Shown: positions 30,562 through 41,801, counted from the stretch's first letter. The stretch is DNA of 64,000 nucleotides from an uncultured candidatus Porisulfidus sp. (GCA_965215125.1 OZ244052.1:1952001-2016000); one strand, 5' to 3'. Translations and numbers: made by a program. The notes: generated by a model not told the origin, from the letters alone.

Positions 30562-31782
30562 ATGCGTATTGGTGTTTTAGGGTCGGGTATTACCGGATTG
30601 ACCACTGCTTATAGTTTGAGCCTTCAAGGCTTCAATGTGTCGGTCATAGACCGGGAAGATCAGTCTGCGATGGGTGCAAGTTATGCGAACGGCGCGCAGT
30701 TGTCGGTCAGCAACGCAATACCGACTGCGTATCCGTCGGTATTTATTTATTTATTCAGGAGTCTATTCAAGCAAGAAGGCGGTTTGTTTTTCAAGGCACA
30801 CTTGTCGTGGGACGAATGGCGTTGGATATATCACTTTATTCGTAATTGCCGCCGGACGGTTTCCGAATCCAATCTGATTCGTTTAGCAGAGATTTGTGTG
30901 CGTTCCCGAGAGTTGTATTATCAATTACTAGAGCAGACCGACATCAACTTTAATTTTTCAAAAAAAGGGATATTACATTTTTATGTCGATAACACCGCTT
31001 ATAAAATTGCCGCTCGCCAGTCGGCTTTGCTGAGGCAGGTTTCACCGAGCATAAGACAAATCGTCGATAGAGAGCAGATTATAGAAATAGAACCGGCGTT
31101 GCGTATCTGTTCCGAAAACATCGTCGGCGGTTTCTACAGTCCGGAAGATGCAACCGGAGACGCTAGACTTTTTTGTTTGGAACTAGAACGGTTGTGCAGA
31201 GCGCGAGGCGTAGAATTCCTATATAACACTTGCGTGCAGAACCTGAAGTTGAAGGCTAGAGAGGTCATAGTGCAAACCGATCAAGGGGATTTAAATACCG
31301 ATCATGTTGTGTGTTGTTTGGGTGTTCATTCGTCCTTACTATTAAAGAAAATAGGTATATCTTTGAACATCTATCCACTCAAAGGTTATTCGATTACAAT
31401 TGATTTAAACGACTCCGAATCAAGATTACATGCCCCTAAAGTCTCGTTATTCGACGATCAATATAAACTTGTTGCAAGTCGTTTGGGACAAAAATTGCGG
31501 ATCGCAGGCATTGCCGAACTTGACAGCTACAGTGTTGATATAAATCCGAACCGTGTTGCGTATCTCAAACAGTGGATGCACACATATATGCCGAAGGTTT
31601 CGATAAATCAATACACAACATGGACGGGGTTGCGCCCTGCGACACCCTCCAGTTTACCCTATGTGGGGAATATATATCACCGGCGTTTGTGGTTGAATAC
31701 CGGGCACGGTACTTTAGGATGGACTGCGGCGATGGCAACCGCCGAGGCGGTGTGCAACGGAATTTTAAGCATTACCCGGTAA
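30562..31782 (+). CDS. dadA: D-amino acid dehydrogenase (DadA-like)
   Basis: VLGSGITG, ASYANGAQLS, IYPLKGYSIT, WTGLRP, NTGHGTLGWT. Confidence 0.8.
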   Translation: MRIGVLGSGITGLTTAYSLSLQGFNVSVIDREDQSAMGASYANGAQLSVSNAIPTAYPSVFIYLFRSLFKQEGGLFFKAHLSWDEWRWIYHFIRNCRRTVSESNLIRLAEICVRSRELYYQLLEQTDINFNFSKKGILHFYVDNTAYKIAARQSALLRQVSPSIRQIVDREQIIEIEPALRICSENIVGGFYSPEDATGDARLFCLELERLCRARGVEFLYNTCVQNLKLKAREVIVQTDQGDLNTDHVVCCLGVHSSLLLKKIGISLNIYPLKGYSITIDLNDSESRLHAPKVSLFDDQYKLVASRLGQKLRIAGIAELDSYSVDINPNRVAYLKQWMHTYMPKVSINQYTTWTGLRPATPSSLPYVGNIYHRRLWLNTGHGTLGWTAAMATAEAVCNGILSITR

Positions 31783-31808
31783 TTATCGGAGCCTCGGATC
31801 GTGCCGGG

Positions 31809-32606
31809 TTAAAAAACCGAAGAACTTAATTCGTCTATCGAGCGTAGGATATGCGGGTCGTCGCTTAAGGCATAGCTGATGCAATGCCGGACTGCGGAAG
31901 GTGGAGAGATGCCTGCTGTGATTAGTTTTGCGGTATGCACCAACAGGCGAGTGCTGGCACCTTCGTCTAAGCCGTTGCCTTTCAAATTGCGTGTCATTTC
32001 TGCGAAGCGGACTAAATTTTTTGCCGTTTCGCTATCTATACCGGTTTCTTTGCATAAGATTTCCTGCTCTATTTCGGAGCTCGGGTAATTGAATTCTATT
32101 GCCACAAATCGCTGCCTCGTACTTTGCTTGAGATTTTTTAATACACTCTGATAGCCGGGGTTGTAAGAGACCGTCATACAGAAATCATCGTCGGCGGAGA
32201 TTAGTTCGCCACGTTTCTCTATAGCCAGCAAGCGTCTATCGTCGCACAAAGGATGGATCACGACAGTGGTGTCTTTGCGTGCTTCCACAATTTCGTCCAA
32301 GTAGCAGATGCAGCCGTAACGTACTGCACGGCTGAGCGGACCGTCTATCCAAGTTGTTTCGTTGTCTTTGAGTAGATAGCGACCGACCAAATCGGATGTG
32401 CTTAGATCGTCGTGGCACGAGACGGTAATCAGAGGTTTTTGAAGTTGCCATGCCATATACTCTATAAAGCGTGTTTTTCCACAACCGGTAGGTCCTTTAA
32501 GCAATATCGGTAATTTATTGGCGAAGGCTTTAGTGTAGACTTCTATTTCGTCGGCGGTACTGAGATAGAGTGGTTCTTTATCTATCGAATATTCCTGTAC
32601 TTCCAT
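31809..32606 (-). CDS. CbbQ/NirQ/NorQ MoxR-type AAA+ ATPase
   Basis: LLKGPTGCGKTRF, YLDEIVEARKD, SYNPGYQS, STRQRF, GASTRLLV. Confidence 0.9.
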   Translation of the reverse strand: MEVQEYSIDKEPLYLSTADEIEVYTKAFANKLPILLKGPTGCGKTRFIEYMAWQLQKPLITVSCHDDLSTSDLVGRYLLKDNETTWIDGPLSRAVRYGCICYLDEIVEARKDTTVVIHPLCDDRRLLAIEKRGELISADDDFCMTVSYNPGYQSVLKNLKQSTRQRFVAIEFNYPSSEIEQEILCKETGIDSETAKNLVRFAEMTRNLKGNGLDEGASTRLLVHTAKLITAGISPPSAVRHCISYALSDDPHILRSIDELSSSVF

Positions 32607-32609
32607 AGT

Positions 32610-33872
32610 TTAAGTGGTCTCCAATTTTTTCAAACGTTTGGTGATTAAGCCTTTTTTCATTTTTACATACTTCGGTATGCCCTTTTCATAAGGAGGATAA
32701 TCTTCACCCTCTATCAACGGGCGTATGTAGTTATCACAAGCAGCCGTGGTGTTGAGTCCGTCTTTGTTTATGTATTCTTTGGGCAGGGTGTGTTCACGGT
32801 TGGCAACCTTACTCAGAGCGACCGAGCCGACTTTCCATAGGTACGGTTTGTCCGATAATCTAATGATGGTTAACATCACCGCATTATGTCCGGCAAGCGC
32901 GAATTCTATTGCCTGTCGTCCTAATGTATAAGCCTGTTCTACATCGGTATTAGACGCGATATGCCGCGCCGAGCGTTGCAGATAGTCGGATACCGCCCAA
33001 TGGCATTTGTAACCCAGTTTGTTTTTGATAATTTTTGCGATTAGGGGTGCTACGCCGCCTAATTGCGTATGTCCGAAAGCATCGCATGCACCGCTTTCGG
33101 AGAGGAATCTACCTTCTCGATCTCTTAATCCCTCCGATGCCACAACCACGCAATAACCCCTATCTTCAACTTGTTGCTTGATTTTTGTTAGAGTTTTTGC
33201 TTCGCTCCACGGCACTTCGGGGAGTAAAATCAGGTGAGGTGCATCTCGTTTAGAGCAACGCGCAAGCCCGGATGCCGCTGCAATCCAACCTGCGTGTCTG
33301 CCCATCACTTCCAAAACGAATACTTTGGTTGAAGTAGCAGCCATCCCGGCGACATCGAATGCGGTTTCTCGTACCGAGGTCGCGATATATTTTGCAACGC
33401 TTCCAAATCCCGGACAGCAATCGGTCAGCGGTAAATCGTTATCTATGGTTTTGGGTATACCGATGCAAGTTATGGGATAACCGAAAGATTGGCCGAGTTG
33501 AGATATTTTAAGGCTGGTATCTTGCGAATCTCCACCGCCGTTATAAAAGAAATAGTGGATATTATGTGCTTTGAATACCTCAATCAGCCTTTGATATTGT
33601 GCCTTATCTTCTTCTATTCCTTTGAGTTTGTAACGGCAAGTACCGAAGGCACTTCCCGGGGTATGTTTCAAAGCTGTAATGCTTTTATCGCTTTCATTCC
33701 CGGTGTCGATCAGCTCTTCGTTGAGAACGCCGAGTATGCCGTTATGTGCGGCGTATATTTTCTCTATCTTATCGGGGTAGCTTCGGGCGGTTTCTATTAG
33801 TCCGCAGGCGGTCGCGTTGATAACGGCTGTTGCTCCTCCGGATTGTGCGTAAAGAATGTTTGCTTTACTCAT
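32610..33872 (-). CDS. pfp: Pyrophosphate-dependent 6-phosphofructokinase
   Basis: YAQSGG-x-TAVIN, NGGGDS (Asp at the PPi-determining site), PKTIDND, EVMGRHAGW. Confidence 0.85.
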   Translation of the reverse strand: MSKANILYAQSGGATAVINATACGLIETARSYPDKIEKIYAAHNGILGVLNEELIDTGNESDKSITALKHTPGSAFGTCRYKLKGIEEDKAQYQRLIEVFKAHNIHYFFYNGGGDSQDTSLKISQLGQSFGYPITCIGIPKTIDNDLPLTDCCPGFGSVAKYIATSVRETAFDVAGMAATSTKVFVLEVMGRHAGWIAAASGLARCSKRDAPHLILLPEVPWSEAKTLTKIKQQVEDRGYCVVVASEGLRDREGRFLSESGACDAFGHTQLGGVAPLIAKIIKNKLGYKCHWAVSDYLQRSARHIASNTDVEQAYTLGRQAIEFALAGHNAVMLTIIRLSDKPYLWKVGSVALSKVANREHTLPKEYINKDGLNTTAACDNYIRPLIEGEDYPPYEKGIPKYVKMKKGLITKRLKKLETT

Positions 33873-33922
33873 AGTTCTATTATAATGCTATCTTTTAATT
33901 TTTATTTTCTATTAAACTTGTT

Positions 33923-34567
33923 ATGAGAGTCATTTTATTAGGCGCGCCGGGTGCCGGCAAAGGCACGCAAGCGCAATTTATATGTAAGCAATATAGGATA
34001 CCACAAATTTCTACCGGAGACATGTTGCGCGAAGCGGTGAGCGGTCGCACCGAACTAGGACTGCAAGCCGAAGCCTATATGACTGCCGGTGATTTGGTAC
34101 CGGATAGTCTGATTATAGATTTGGTCAAGACGCGTGTTTCCGACCCCGATTGCGAAACAGGATTTTTGTTTGACGGCTTTCCGCGCACTCTCGCGCAAGC
34201 ACAGGCACTAGACGCACAAAGCATAGTCGTAGAATATGTGATCGAAATAGCGGTTCCCGACGAAGTTATCATAGAACGTCTCGGCGGTCGCCGTATACAT
34301 CAAGCGTCGGGGCGTACATACCATATAAAATACCAACCACCCGTGCAGCCGAGTAAAGACGATCTCAACGGCGAGGAATTAATACAACGCGAAGACGACA
34401 AACCCGAGGTTGTGAGCCAACGTCTGCAAAATTATCATCGTCAAACAGCCCCGTTGGTTGAGTATTATTCCCGACAAGCCGGTTCGAATCGCGTGGTTTA
34501 TAACGCGGTAGACGGCACCCTGAGTATCGCGGCGGTACAAAAGCAAATTATGCAGATACTGAATTGA
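33923..34567 (+). CDS. adk: Adenylate kinase
   Basis: [29 protein letters not shown]. Confidence 0.97.
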   Translation: MRVILLGAPGAGKGTQAQFICKQYRIPQISTGDMLREAVSGRTELGLQAEAYMTAGDLVPDSLIIDLVKTRVSDPDCETGFLFDGFPRTLAQAQALDAQSIVVEYVIEIAVPDEVIIERLGGRRIHQASGRTYHIKYQPPVQPSKDDLNGEELIQREDDKPEVVSQRLQNYHRQTAPLVEYYSRQAGSNRVVYNAVDGTLSIAAVQKQIMQILN

Positions 34568-34603
34568 TGCAGGACTGCACAAATACAATATCAGCACAGT
34601 TCC

Positions 34604-35584
34604 ATGTCTTTTGAAGTTTTACTAAAAACCATTGGCAAACGATTTGTTGTAGAACACGGTGAAGCAGTACTTGAGGCGGCACTCAAGGCAGGTTTGAATG
34701 TTGCTTACGGTTGCAATAACGGGAATTGCGGTTTGTGTTCGGCACGTCTGCTCAGAGGTGAAATCGATAGAATCAAGGACTCCGATCATGTATTTTCCGA
34801 GAACCTAAAAGCGCAGAATTATTTTTTAATGTGCTCGCATACACCGATATGCGATATAGCCTTAGAGACCGAGATTGCCGATAGTAGCATACAAATACCA
34901 ATTCAACAATTTCGCGCTAAATTATCTAAGATAGATAGAATAGCCGAACAACTTGCGGTAGTGCGTATGCGGGTTGCGCGCAGCCATCGCCTTAGATTTA
35001 TGGCAGGGCAGTCGGTTGTCTTAAAACATCGAAATTACGGTAATCAATATTTATCTATCGCCAGTTGTCCTTGCGATGCGACCGAACTGGAGTTTCATAT
35101 ACAGTGCGACGACAACGAGAATCCTCGCAACTTATGCGAGCAGTACCGTATAGGAGAATGGTTTGATGTAGAAGGACCTTATGGACACTTTACTTTCAGC
35201 GAGAATTTAGAAAGACCGGTAGTGTTGATAGCCTGCGATACCGGTTTTGCCTCGACTAAGAGTTTGATAGAGCATATTGTCGCTCAAGAAAGTGAACTAC
35301 CGATACATTTATATAGAACCGGTCTTGAGATACCGGTCTACATGGAGAACCTATGTTTCGCATGGCGCGATGCTTTAGACCAACTGAAATACTCGACGTT
35401 GACCGACGCAAGCGATAATCCATTGTGCGTTGCCGACTGGATGCAACAGCTTACTTGCGACCACCCTCAACTTTCGGATATCGATTTTTATTTATGTTTA
35501 CCCGACAAGATCTCAGAGGCTATGAAATCCGCTTTACTTGAACACGGTGCATTAGCCGACCATATTTTCTGTCAACTGTCGTGA
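34604..35584 (+). CDS. 2Fe-2S ferredoxin plus FAD/NAD-binding reductase (AscD-like)
   Basis: YGCNNGNCGLC...LMC cluster motif, F-x-AGQ, SIAS, EGPYG, TGFA. Confidence 0.8.
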   Translation: MSFEVLLKTIGKRFVVEHGEAVLEAALKAGLNVAYGCNNGNCGLCSARLLRGEIDRIKDSDHVFSENLKAQNYFLMCSHTPICDIALETEIADSSIQIPIQQFRAKLSKIDRIAEQLAVVRMRVARSHRLRFMAGQSVVLKHRNYGNQYLSIASCPCDATELEFHIQCDDNENPRNLCEQYRIGEWFDVEGPYGHFTFSENLERPVVLIACDTGFASTKSLIEHIVAQESELPIHLYRTGLEIPVYMENLCFAWRDALDQLKYSTLTDASDNPLCVADWMQQLTCDHPQLSDIDFYLCLPDKISEAMKSALLEHGALADHIFCQLS

Positions 35585-35593
35585 GCGTATAGT

Positions 35594-36109
35594 ATGGCAA
35601 GTAAAGAACGTATATTCATTGCTTTGCGCCCCGCTGCGGAAACTTGCAAAGACTTAATTAAGATACAACAACAAGTGCTTGTAAGCGGCAAAATGATGCC
35701 ACCCCGGAGTTTGCATCTGACCTTGGCTTTTCTCGGCGATTGTGATCCCGAACGCAAGCAATGCGTACTAGATAAAATTACGAATATCAATATCAATGCA
35801 TTTGATATGACACTCGGAGAATTCGGATACTTTGAACACCACCGTATTTTTTATATAACACCGAGTATCGTACCCATAGAACTATTATCTCTGCACAAAC
35901 AACTATGTAATGCACTATCACCGTGCCGATTCAAGACCCCGCGCGCCTTTAAGCCTCATGTCACCCTCTTCAGAGGTGTAGTCACACCACCGTTCTGTGA
36001 ACCTCTAAATACTACCGTACGATGGCATGTTCGTTCGATTCATGTAGAACGCTCGGAACTCGGCTCGGAAGGTGCACACTATACGACCCTCAAAGAACAA
36101 CCGTTTTAG
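35594..36109 (+). CDS. thpR: RNA 2',3'-cyclic phosphodiesterase (2H family)
   Basis: RIFIAL, HLTL and PHVTL twin HxT motifs. Confidence 0.85.
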   Translation: MASKERIFIALRPAAETCKDLIKIQQQVLVSGKMMPPRSLHLTLAFLGDCDPERKQCVLDKITNININAFDMTLGEFGYFEHHRIFYITPSIVPIELLSLHKQLCNALSPCRFKTPRAFKPHVTLFRGVVTPPFCEPLNTTVRWHVRSIHVERSELGSEGAHYTTLKEQPF

Positions 36110-36256
36110 TATAACCCAACCATCGGATACCTTTTATATACTCAAATGCGACCGTTCGTCGGATAACGAATTCTCGGGTTTTGATATAGGTCAGTATTGC
36201 GAATAAGGTTGCGTGCGCAAGCACTATTTACAATTTTCAAGCAATAGGAGATAATA

Positions 36257-36517
36257 ATGTCTAAGCCAATTAATTCAAGCGAAGAGGTGTTCAACACGAT
36301 GCATAAACTGGAACGAGCAGGCATGTCGCGAGTCCAAGCCGAGACCACTGCGCGTGCGGTTGATAGCCAAGTATCAAACGGTGTTCAGTTGGTACTCGAA
36401 AAATTGGACGAAATTAAAAAAGATAATATCATTGCAAACACCATTATCGGTATTGGTTTTGCCGGCATCATTATTAGTCTGGTCGGTATTATGTTTGCAT
36501 TGTTATCGATAAAATAA
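36257..36517 (+). CDS. Small coiled-coil/TM protein, DUF1640/CCDC90-like; paralogue of 10248
   Basis: FNTMHKLERAGMSRVQAETTARAVDSQVS is near-identical to the 10248 N-terminus; AGGAG RBS. Confidence 0.65.
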   Translation: MSKPINSSEEVFNTMHKLERAGMSRVQAETTARAVDSQVSNGVQLVLEKLDEIKKDNIIANTIIGIGFAGIIISLVGIMFALLSIK

Positions 36518-36618
36518 GTGGTCTATTGCGATTGCATAAGGCCATTAAAAATATTTTATATATCAAAACCAACAGGCATCCACTCTATCTATGTCGGTTG
36601 ATACCGTAAATCAAAAAT

Positions 36619-38721
36619 ATGCACGAAGAACCTCTCATTGCGCCCGTCGCCGACCGTATTCCTACCGAGTTTTGCAATCACGACGATGTTCGGATCGACG
36701 AGTATGCATGGTTGCGTAGCCGGCATTGGCAGCAGATGTTGACGGATCCGACTAAACTGGAACCCGAAATACATCGTTATCTGAAAGCCGAGAACGCGTA
36801 CACCGAAGCGGAGATGAAAGACAGCGAGGATTTGCAGCAAAGTCTTTGTGAGGAGTTGCGAGGGCGTATTCAGGAAGAGGACCGATCGGTACCCGATAAA
36901 GACGGGGATTACGAGTATTATTTACGCTACCGCAAAGGCAAGCAGTACCCGATTTATAACCGTCGCCTGCTTGCCGATCAAAACGAGGAAGTGTTGCTGG
37001 ATGTCAATCATGCCGCCGAAGGGTCGGACTATTTTCGAGTTGTCGGCTTTAGCCATAGCCCCGATCATCGCTATATCGCCTATTGCGTAGACGATAACGG
37101 ATCCGAGTGTTATACCTTGTATCTACGCGACACGCATGGCGATATGCCGGCGCAGCGATTATTCGACCGCTTGCACGGCGACTTGGTTTGGTCTGCCGAT
37201 AGCCGTCATCTGTTTTATGTCAAGCTAAACGATGTCCACCGTCCCGATTCGGTGTTTCGTTACTGCATAGACGATGCGCCCGATAAAATTACGTTGATAT
37301 ATAAAGAACAAGACCCCGGTTTTTTCATCGATTTGTATCATACCCGTTCGCGCCGTTTCATCGTGATACACAGCCACGACCATGCGACATCGGAGGATCG
37401 GATAATTCCCGCCGATGCGCCCGAACAAGCACCCAAGTTGGTACGACGGCGCGAATTGAATACCGAGTATAAGACCGAGGAATGTCGTGGCAAATTACTT
37501 ATCCATAACAACAGTGCGGGTGCCGAGAATTTCAAACTCTCGGTTGCCGACATAGACAAGCCGACCGTCTGGCACGACATCTATGTTCCCAAGCTCGGCG
37601 TACTACTGGAAGATTTTATGGTGTTCGAGGATTACTTAGTGTGTCTGGAACGATGCGATGCCGCAACGCATATCGCACTGATACCGACCTCAATAGTAGA
37701 TCAACTCTCGCAGGCGCAAACGCAATACATCAACTTTGACGAACCGTGCTACGAGGCCGGTTTGATGGATATTTTTGAATACGATAGTCGGATACTTCGC
37801 TTTGAATATAGCTCGCCGAAGACACCGCGTTGCATCTACGATTACGATATGCAAAGTCATCGACGCACACTGCGTAAAGCGCAACGAATACCGAGTGGCT
37901 ATGATGCAAGCCGTTATAGCACACGGCAGCTTCGTGCGCGCAGCGACGACGGTGTGGATATTCCGATTAGCATAGTACATCTCAAAAGCACCCCGCTCGA
38001 CGGTAGTGCGCCGTTGTTGCTTTATGCTTACGGTGCTTATGGATACCCCATGCCGGCAGCTTTTTCCACGCATCGTTTATCTTTGCTTGACAGAGGATTT
38101 ATTTATGCGATTGCCCACATCCGTGGTGGCATGGAAAAAGGCTACGCGTGGTATAGAACCGCCAAGTTCAAGCAAAAGAAAAATACTTTCAACGATTTTA
38201 TAGCGTGTGCCGATTATTTGATAGAGCAAAAGCTCGGTTATCGCGGTGGCATTGCGATACACGGCGGTTCGGCAGGCGGTATGACGATCGGCAATGCAAT
38301 CAATACCGCACCCGAACTGTTCAATACGGCACTTGCCGAAGTGCCTTTTGTGGATGTGCTGAATACGATGTGCGATGCCGACTTGCCGTTGACCCCTCCG
38401 GAATGGCAAGAATGGGGCAACCCCATAGACGATTACGAACTCTATTGCTATATGAAATCGTATTCTCCTTATGATCAGGTTAAACGCCAATCTTACCCCA
38501 ACATGCTGGTGACGGCAGGATTGAGCGACCCGCGCGTAGGCTATTGGGAGCCTGCCAAATGGGTTGCGAAACTGCGTGCGTATAAGAAAGATAATCGTTG
38601 TTTGTTGTTAAAGGTGGATATGGGCAAGGGACACGCCGGTGCTGCCGGACGTTTTGATTATCTAAAAGAAATCGCGTTCAAATACGCATTCGTGTTGAAA
38701 AGTTTCGGCAAAAACAGTTAG
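36619..38721 (+). CDS. ptrB: Oligopeptidase B (S9 family)
   Basis: DEYAWLR, YGAYG, HIRGG, GGSAGG, VPFVDV, EWGNP, DPRV, GHAG. Confidence 0.9.
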   Translation: MHEEPLIAPVADRIPTEFCNHDDVRIDEYAWLRSRHWQQMLTDPTKLEPEIHRYLKAENAYTEAEMKDSEDLQQSLCEELRGRIQEEDRSVPDKDGDYEYYLRYRKGKQYPIYNRRLLADQNEEVLLDVNHAAEGSDYFRVVGFSHSPDHRYIAYCVDDNGSECYTLYLRDTHGDMPAQRLFDRLHGDLVWSADSRHLFYVKLNDVHRPDSVFRYCIDDAPDKITLIYKEQDPGFFIDLYHTRSRRFIVIHSHDHATSEDRIIPADAPEQAPKLVRRRELNTEYKTEECRGKLLIHNNSAGAENFKLSVADIDKPTVWHDIYVPKLGVLLEDFMVFEDYLVCLERCDAATHIALIPTSIVDQLSQAQTQYINFDEPCYEAGLMDIFEYDSRILRFEYSSPKTPRCIYDYDMQSHRRTLRKAQRIPSGYDASRYSTRQLRARSDDGVDIPISIVHLKSTPLDGSAPLLLYAYGAYGYPMPAAFSTHRLSLLDRGFIYAIAHIRGGMEKGYAWYRTAKFKQKKNTFNDFIACADYLIEQKLGYRGGIAIHGGSAGGMTIGNAINTAPELFNTALAEVPFVDVLNTMCDADLPLTPPEWQEWGNPIDDYELYCYMKSYSPYDQVKRQSYPNMLVTAGLSDPRVGYWEPAKWVAKLRAYKKDNRCLLLKVDMGKGHAGAAGRFDYLKEIAFKYAFVLKSFGKNS

Positions 38722-38751
38722 AATACAAATCTTTATCGGATTATCAATACC

Positions 38752-39261
38752 ATGTCATCTGAAAATACATCTGTCGATGATATACTCGTGGGTATCGTGA
38801 TGGGGAGCCAGAGCGATTGGCCGGTAATGCGTTGCGCTGCCGAGATGCTGACGCGCTTCGCCGTGCGTTTTGAACCAAAAGTCGTGTCGGCGCATCGCAC
38901 ACCGGAGTTGATGTATCAATACGCGCAAAGTGCCGAGTCGCGCGGATTGCAGTGCATTATTGCCGGTGCCGGCGGTGCTGCCCATTTACCGGGAATGATC
39001 GCATCGTTGACTACACTACCGGTATTGGGTGTGCCTATACCCACCGCGCATTTGAAAGGGCAAGACTCTTTGTTATCCATCGTGCAAATGCCCAAGGGTG
39101 TGCCGGTTGCGACTTTTGCGATTGGTGATGCGGGTGCGGCAAATGCCGCTTTATTTGCGTGTCGGATGCTCGCAGCACATTCTCAATCGCTACGAAAAGC
39201 CTTAGAGGATTTCGGACAAGCGCAGCAACAGGCTGTGCATAACAGCACTCTAGAAACCTAA
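38752..39261 (+). CDS. purE: N5-CAIR mutase
   Basis: [34 protein letters not shown]. Confidence 0.97.
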   Translation: MSSENTSVDDILVGIVMGSQSDWPVMRCAAEMLTRFAVRFEPKVVSAHRTPELMYQYAQSAESRGLQCIIAGAGGAAHLPGMIASLTTLPVLGVPIPTAHLKGQDSLLSIVQMPKGVPVATFAIGDAGAANAALFACRMLAAHSQSLRKALEDFGQAQQQAVHNSTLET

Positions 39262-39268
39262 GTTCGAA

Positions 39269-40438
39269 ATGAATAGCTTAGCTCCCGGCGCAACCTTAGG
39301 AGTACTGGGCGGCGGACAATTAGGTCTGATGTTCGTCAAGAGCGCACAAACGATGGGCTATCGTTGTGTCGTTTGGGACCCTGCCGGCGATAGTCCCGCC
39401 GGGCGTATTGCCGACCTACACATCAAGCAGCCGTTTTCCGACGATACGGCATGTTCACGGTTTGCGCAAGAATGCGACACCGCTACTCTGGAGTTTGAGA
39501 ATGTTCCGGTGCAGCTCATCGAACGCTTGGAAAAATATGATCTGCAGACCAGGCCTTCCGCACATGCCTTAGACATTGCTCAGGACCGTATCACCGAGAA
39601 GACCTTTATCGCAAATGCCGGTGTTGCAACTACGCCTTTTTATCCGGTGCGTTGCGCCACCGATATAGACGAAGCATTTGAGCATTTGTCGTCTCCGCTT
39701 ATGTTAAAGACCGCCCGTTTAGGCTATGACGGCAAAGGGCAAAGAGTGGTTGATAGCGTGGCGCAGGCCAATTCGGCATTTGATGAGATGAAGCAAGTAC
39801 CGTGCGTTGCCGAAAGCCGTTTGCAGCTTGTGAGTGAGATTTCGGTGGTGCTGGCACGCTCGCAACAGGGGATATGCGAGTTTTTTCCGGTTGCCGAGAA
39901 CGTACATAGAAACGGTATATTGCATTTATCCCGAGTGCCGGCGAGTGTAGATGAGACCCTGCAAGCACAAGCTCGCAACGATGCTCGACGCATAGCCGAC
40001 GCACTGGAATATCAAGGTGTCTTAGCCGTTGAGTTTTTCGTTAAAGATACCGAGCAGGGTAGAGAATTGTTCGTCAATGAAATCGCGCCGCGACCGCACA
40101 ACACCGGACATTACACCCTAGATGCTTGCCTAAGTTCGCAGTTTGATCAGCAAGTAAGAATGATGTGCAACTTGCCTGCATCCGACACGCGACTATTAAT
40201 GCCGGTGGTGATGGTCAATCTACTCGGTGATTTATGGGAAAACGGAGAACCGCAATGGGATATTCTATTAAAAGATCCGAGGTTACGGTTACACTTATAC
40301 GGCAAGCGGCACCCGCGCAGTGGTAGAAAAATGGGACATTTTTGTTTGTTGGATGAAGCCTTCGATATTGATCTCAACGCATTACAAGATCGCGCCGAGC
40401 AATATCACCGAACATTACTGGAAGATGCGTTGCGATGA
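39269..40438 (+). CDS. purK: N5-CAIR synthase
   Basis: GGGQLG, GYDGKGQ, NEIAPRPHNTGH, GRKMGH. Confidence 0.95.
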   Translation: MNSLAPGATLGVLGGGQLGLMFVKSAQTMGYRCVVWDPAGDSPAGRIADLHIKQPFSDDTACSRFAQECDTATLEFENVPVQLIERLEKYDLQTRPSAHALDIAQDRITEKTFIANAGVATTPFYPVRCATDIDEAFEHLSSPLMLKTARLGYDGKGQRVVDSVAQANSAFDEMKQVPCVAESRLQLVSEISVVLARSQQGICEFFPVAENVHRNGILHLSRVPASVDETLQAQARNDARRIADALEYQGVLAVEFFVKDTEQGRELFVNEIAPRPHNTGHYTLDACLSSQFDQQVRMMCNLPASDTRLLMPVVMVNLLGDLWENGEPQWDILLKDPRLRLHLYGKRHPRSGRKMGHFCLLDEAFDIDLNALQDRAEQYHRTLLEDALR

Positions 40439-41412
40439 TAAATTGCCGAGCCTTTCGTATCCATAAAAAACCGTTTCACGCCGGCTTTGAAACCGTGCCG
40501 ATAGGAGAACCCGAAGCGGGTCAAGTTTTGGTTAAAGTTCATTATTCGGGAGTTAATTATAAGGATGCTTTAGCCGGCACCGGCACCGCGCCGATTATTA
40601 GAAAAGAAGTATTGACGGGGGGCATAGATTTGGCAGGTGTGGTTGAGCATAGCACGGTGTCAAAATTCAAGAAGGGCGACGAGGTGTTGGCAACCGGCAG
40701 TGGTTTAGGAGAGATATACGACGGTGGTTATGCACCTTATGCAATCGTGCCTGCCGATATACTCATGCCCGTACCGTCGCGGTTGGATTTGCGTACTGCG
40801 ATGATTATAGGCACCGCCGGTTTTACCGCAGCACTGAGTCTGGAGCGTATGCTACAAAACGACCAATTACCCGAGTTGGGTGCGGTTGTCGTGACCGGAG
40901 CGAGCGGTGGTGTCGGAAGTTTTGCCGTGCATTTTCTCAACCGACTAGGCTTTGAAGCGGTTGCGGCAACCCATAAACAGCAAGCCGGCGAATACTTAAA
41001 GAGTTTGGGTGCTACCGAAATAATAGGCGCGATTAGTCCGGTAGACGGCGCATTGGCTGAAGCGACATGGGGCGGTGCGATAGACAATCTAGGTGGCAAC
41101 ACGCTGGCAACCTTGCTAAAGACCACTCGAAACGGCGGTAATGTAGTGAGTGTCGGTTTAGCCGAATCGTCGGAAGTGAATCTCACTGTGATGCCGATGA
41201 TTATCCGCGGTATCAACTTACTCGGCGTAAGTTCGGCAAATTGCCCGATGCCGTTGAAACGGAAAATTTGGCAAAGTCTAGGCGATAAATATCTGCCTAC
41301 CGTGGCACAAGCGATGCTGTACGACCTTGCCAAGCTGGAAGAATTGCCGATGTGCTTTGAACGACTACTAAATAGGCAAGTGCAGGGGCGTATCTTAATA
41401 GATTGCCGCTAG
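40435..41412 (+). CDS. acuI: YhdH/AcuI-family MDR oxidoreductase (acryloyl-CoA reductase-like)
   Basis: VNYKDAL, GIDLAG, GTAGFTAAL, TGASGGVGS, IRGINLLGV. Confidence 0.75.
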   Translation: MINCRAFRIHKKPFHAGFETVPIGEPEAGQVLVKVHYSGVNYKDALAGTGTAPIIRKEVLTGGIDLAGVVEHSTVSKFKKGDEVLATGSGLGEIYDGGYAPYAIVPADILMPVPSRLDLRTAMIIGTAGFTAALSLERMLQNDQLPELGAVVVTGASGGVGSFAVHFLNRLGFEAVAATHKQQAGEYLKSLGATEIIGAISPVDGALAEATWGGAIDNLGGNTLATLLKTTRNGGNVVSVGLAESSEVNLTVMPMIIRGINLLGVSSANCPMPLKRKIWQSLGDKYLPTVAQAMLYDLAKLEELPMCFERLLNRQVQGRILIDCR

Positions 41413-41422
41413 GCTTATATAC

Positions 41423-41714
41423 GGGGCTGAAAGAATATTGGCATCGCACGAATAGAACTGCCCTGCATCACATAATTATGCAAACCACCTGTAGGGGCAG
41501 ACTATTCCCCTCCATAGGAGGGGAATGGACCACCCCGTCAGGCTGCACCTGCCACCCCTCCATAGGAGGGGAATACCACCCCGTCAGGCTGAATAGAACC
41601 GCCGATTGAACCAGTAGGTCAATCGGCGTGACTTTGTTCAGAACCTCAACATAACTGCTAAACGCATGCATTGCAAAATGCATAGGCCACCCCTCCACAG
41701 GAGGGGAATGGACC
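41423..41714. repeat. Composite palindromic repeat
   Basis: Three CCCCTCC-AT/CA-GGAGGGGAAT hairpins, ACCACCCCGTCAGGC twice, CCGATTGA...TCAATCGG hairpin, GCATGCATTGCAAAATGCAT module. Confidence 0.85.
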
Positions 41715-41801
41715 ATCCCCTTCTTTGTTGGGTGAACACGGCAAATAATGATACTATATAGCGTTCTAACAATTTGAAAGAAAGCAAAAAGGAGTTTTTG
41801 A

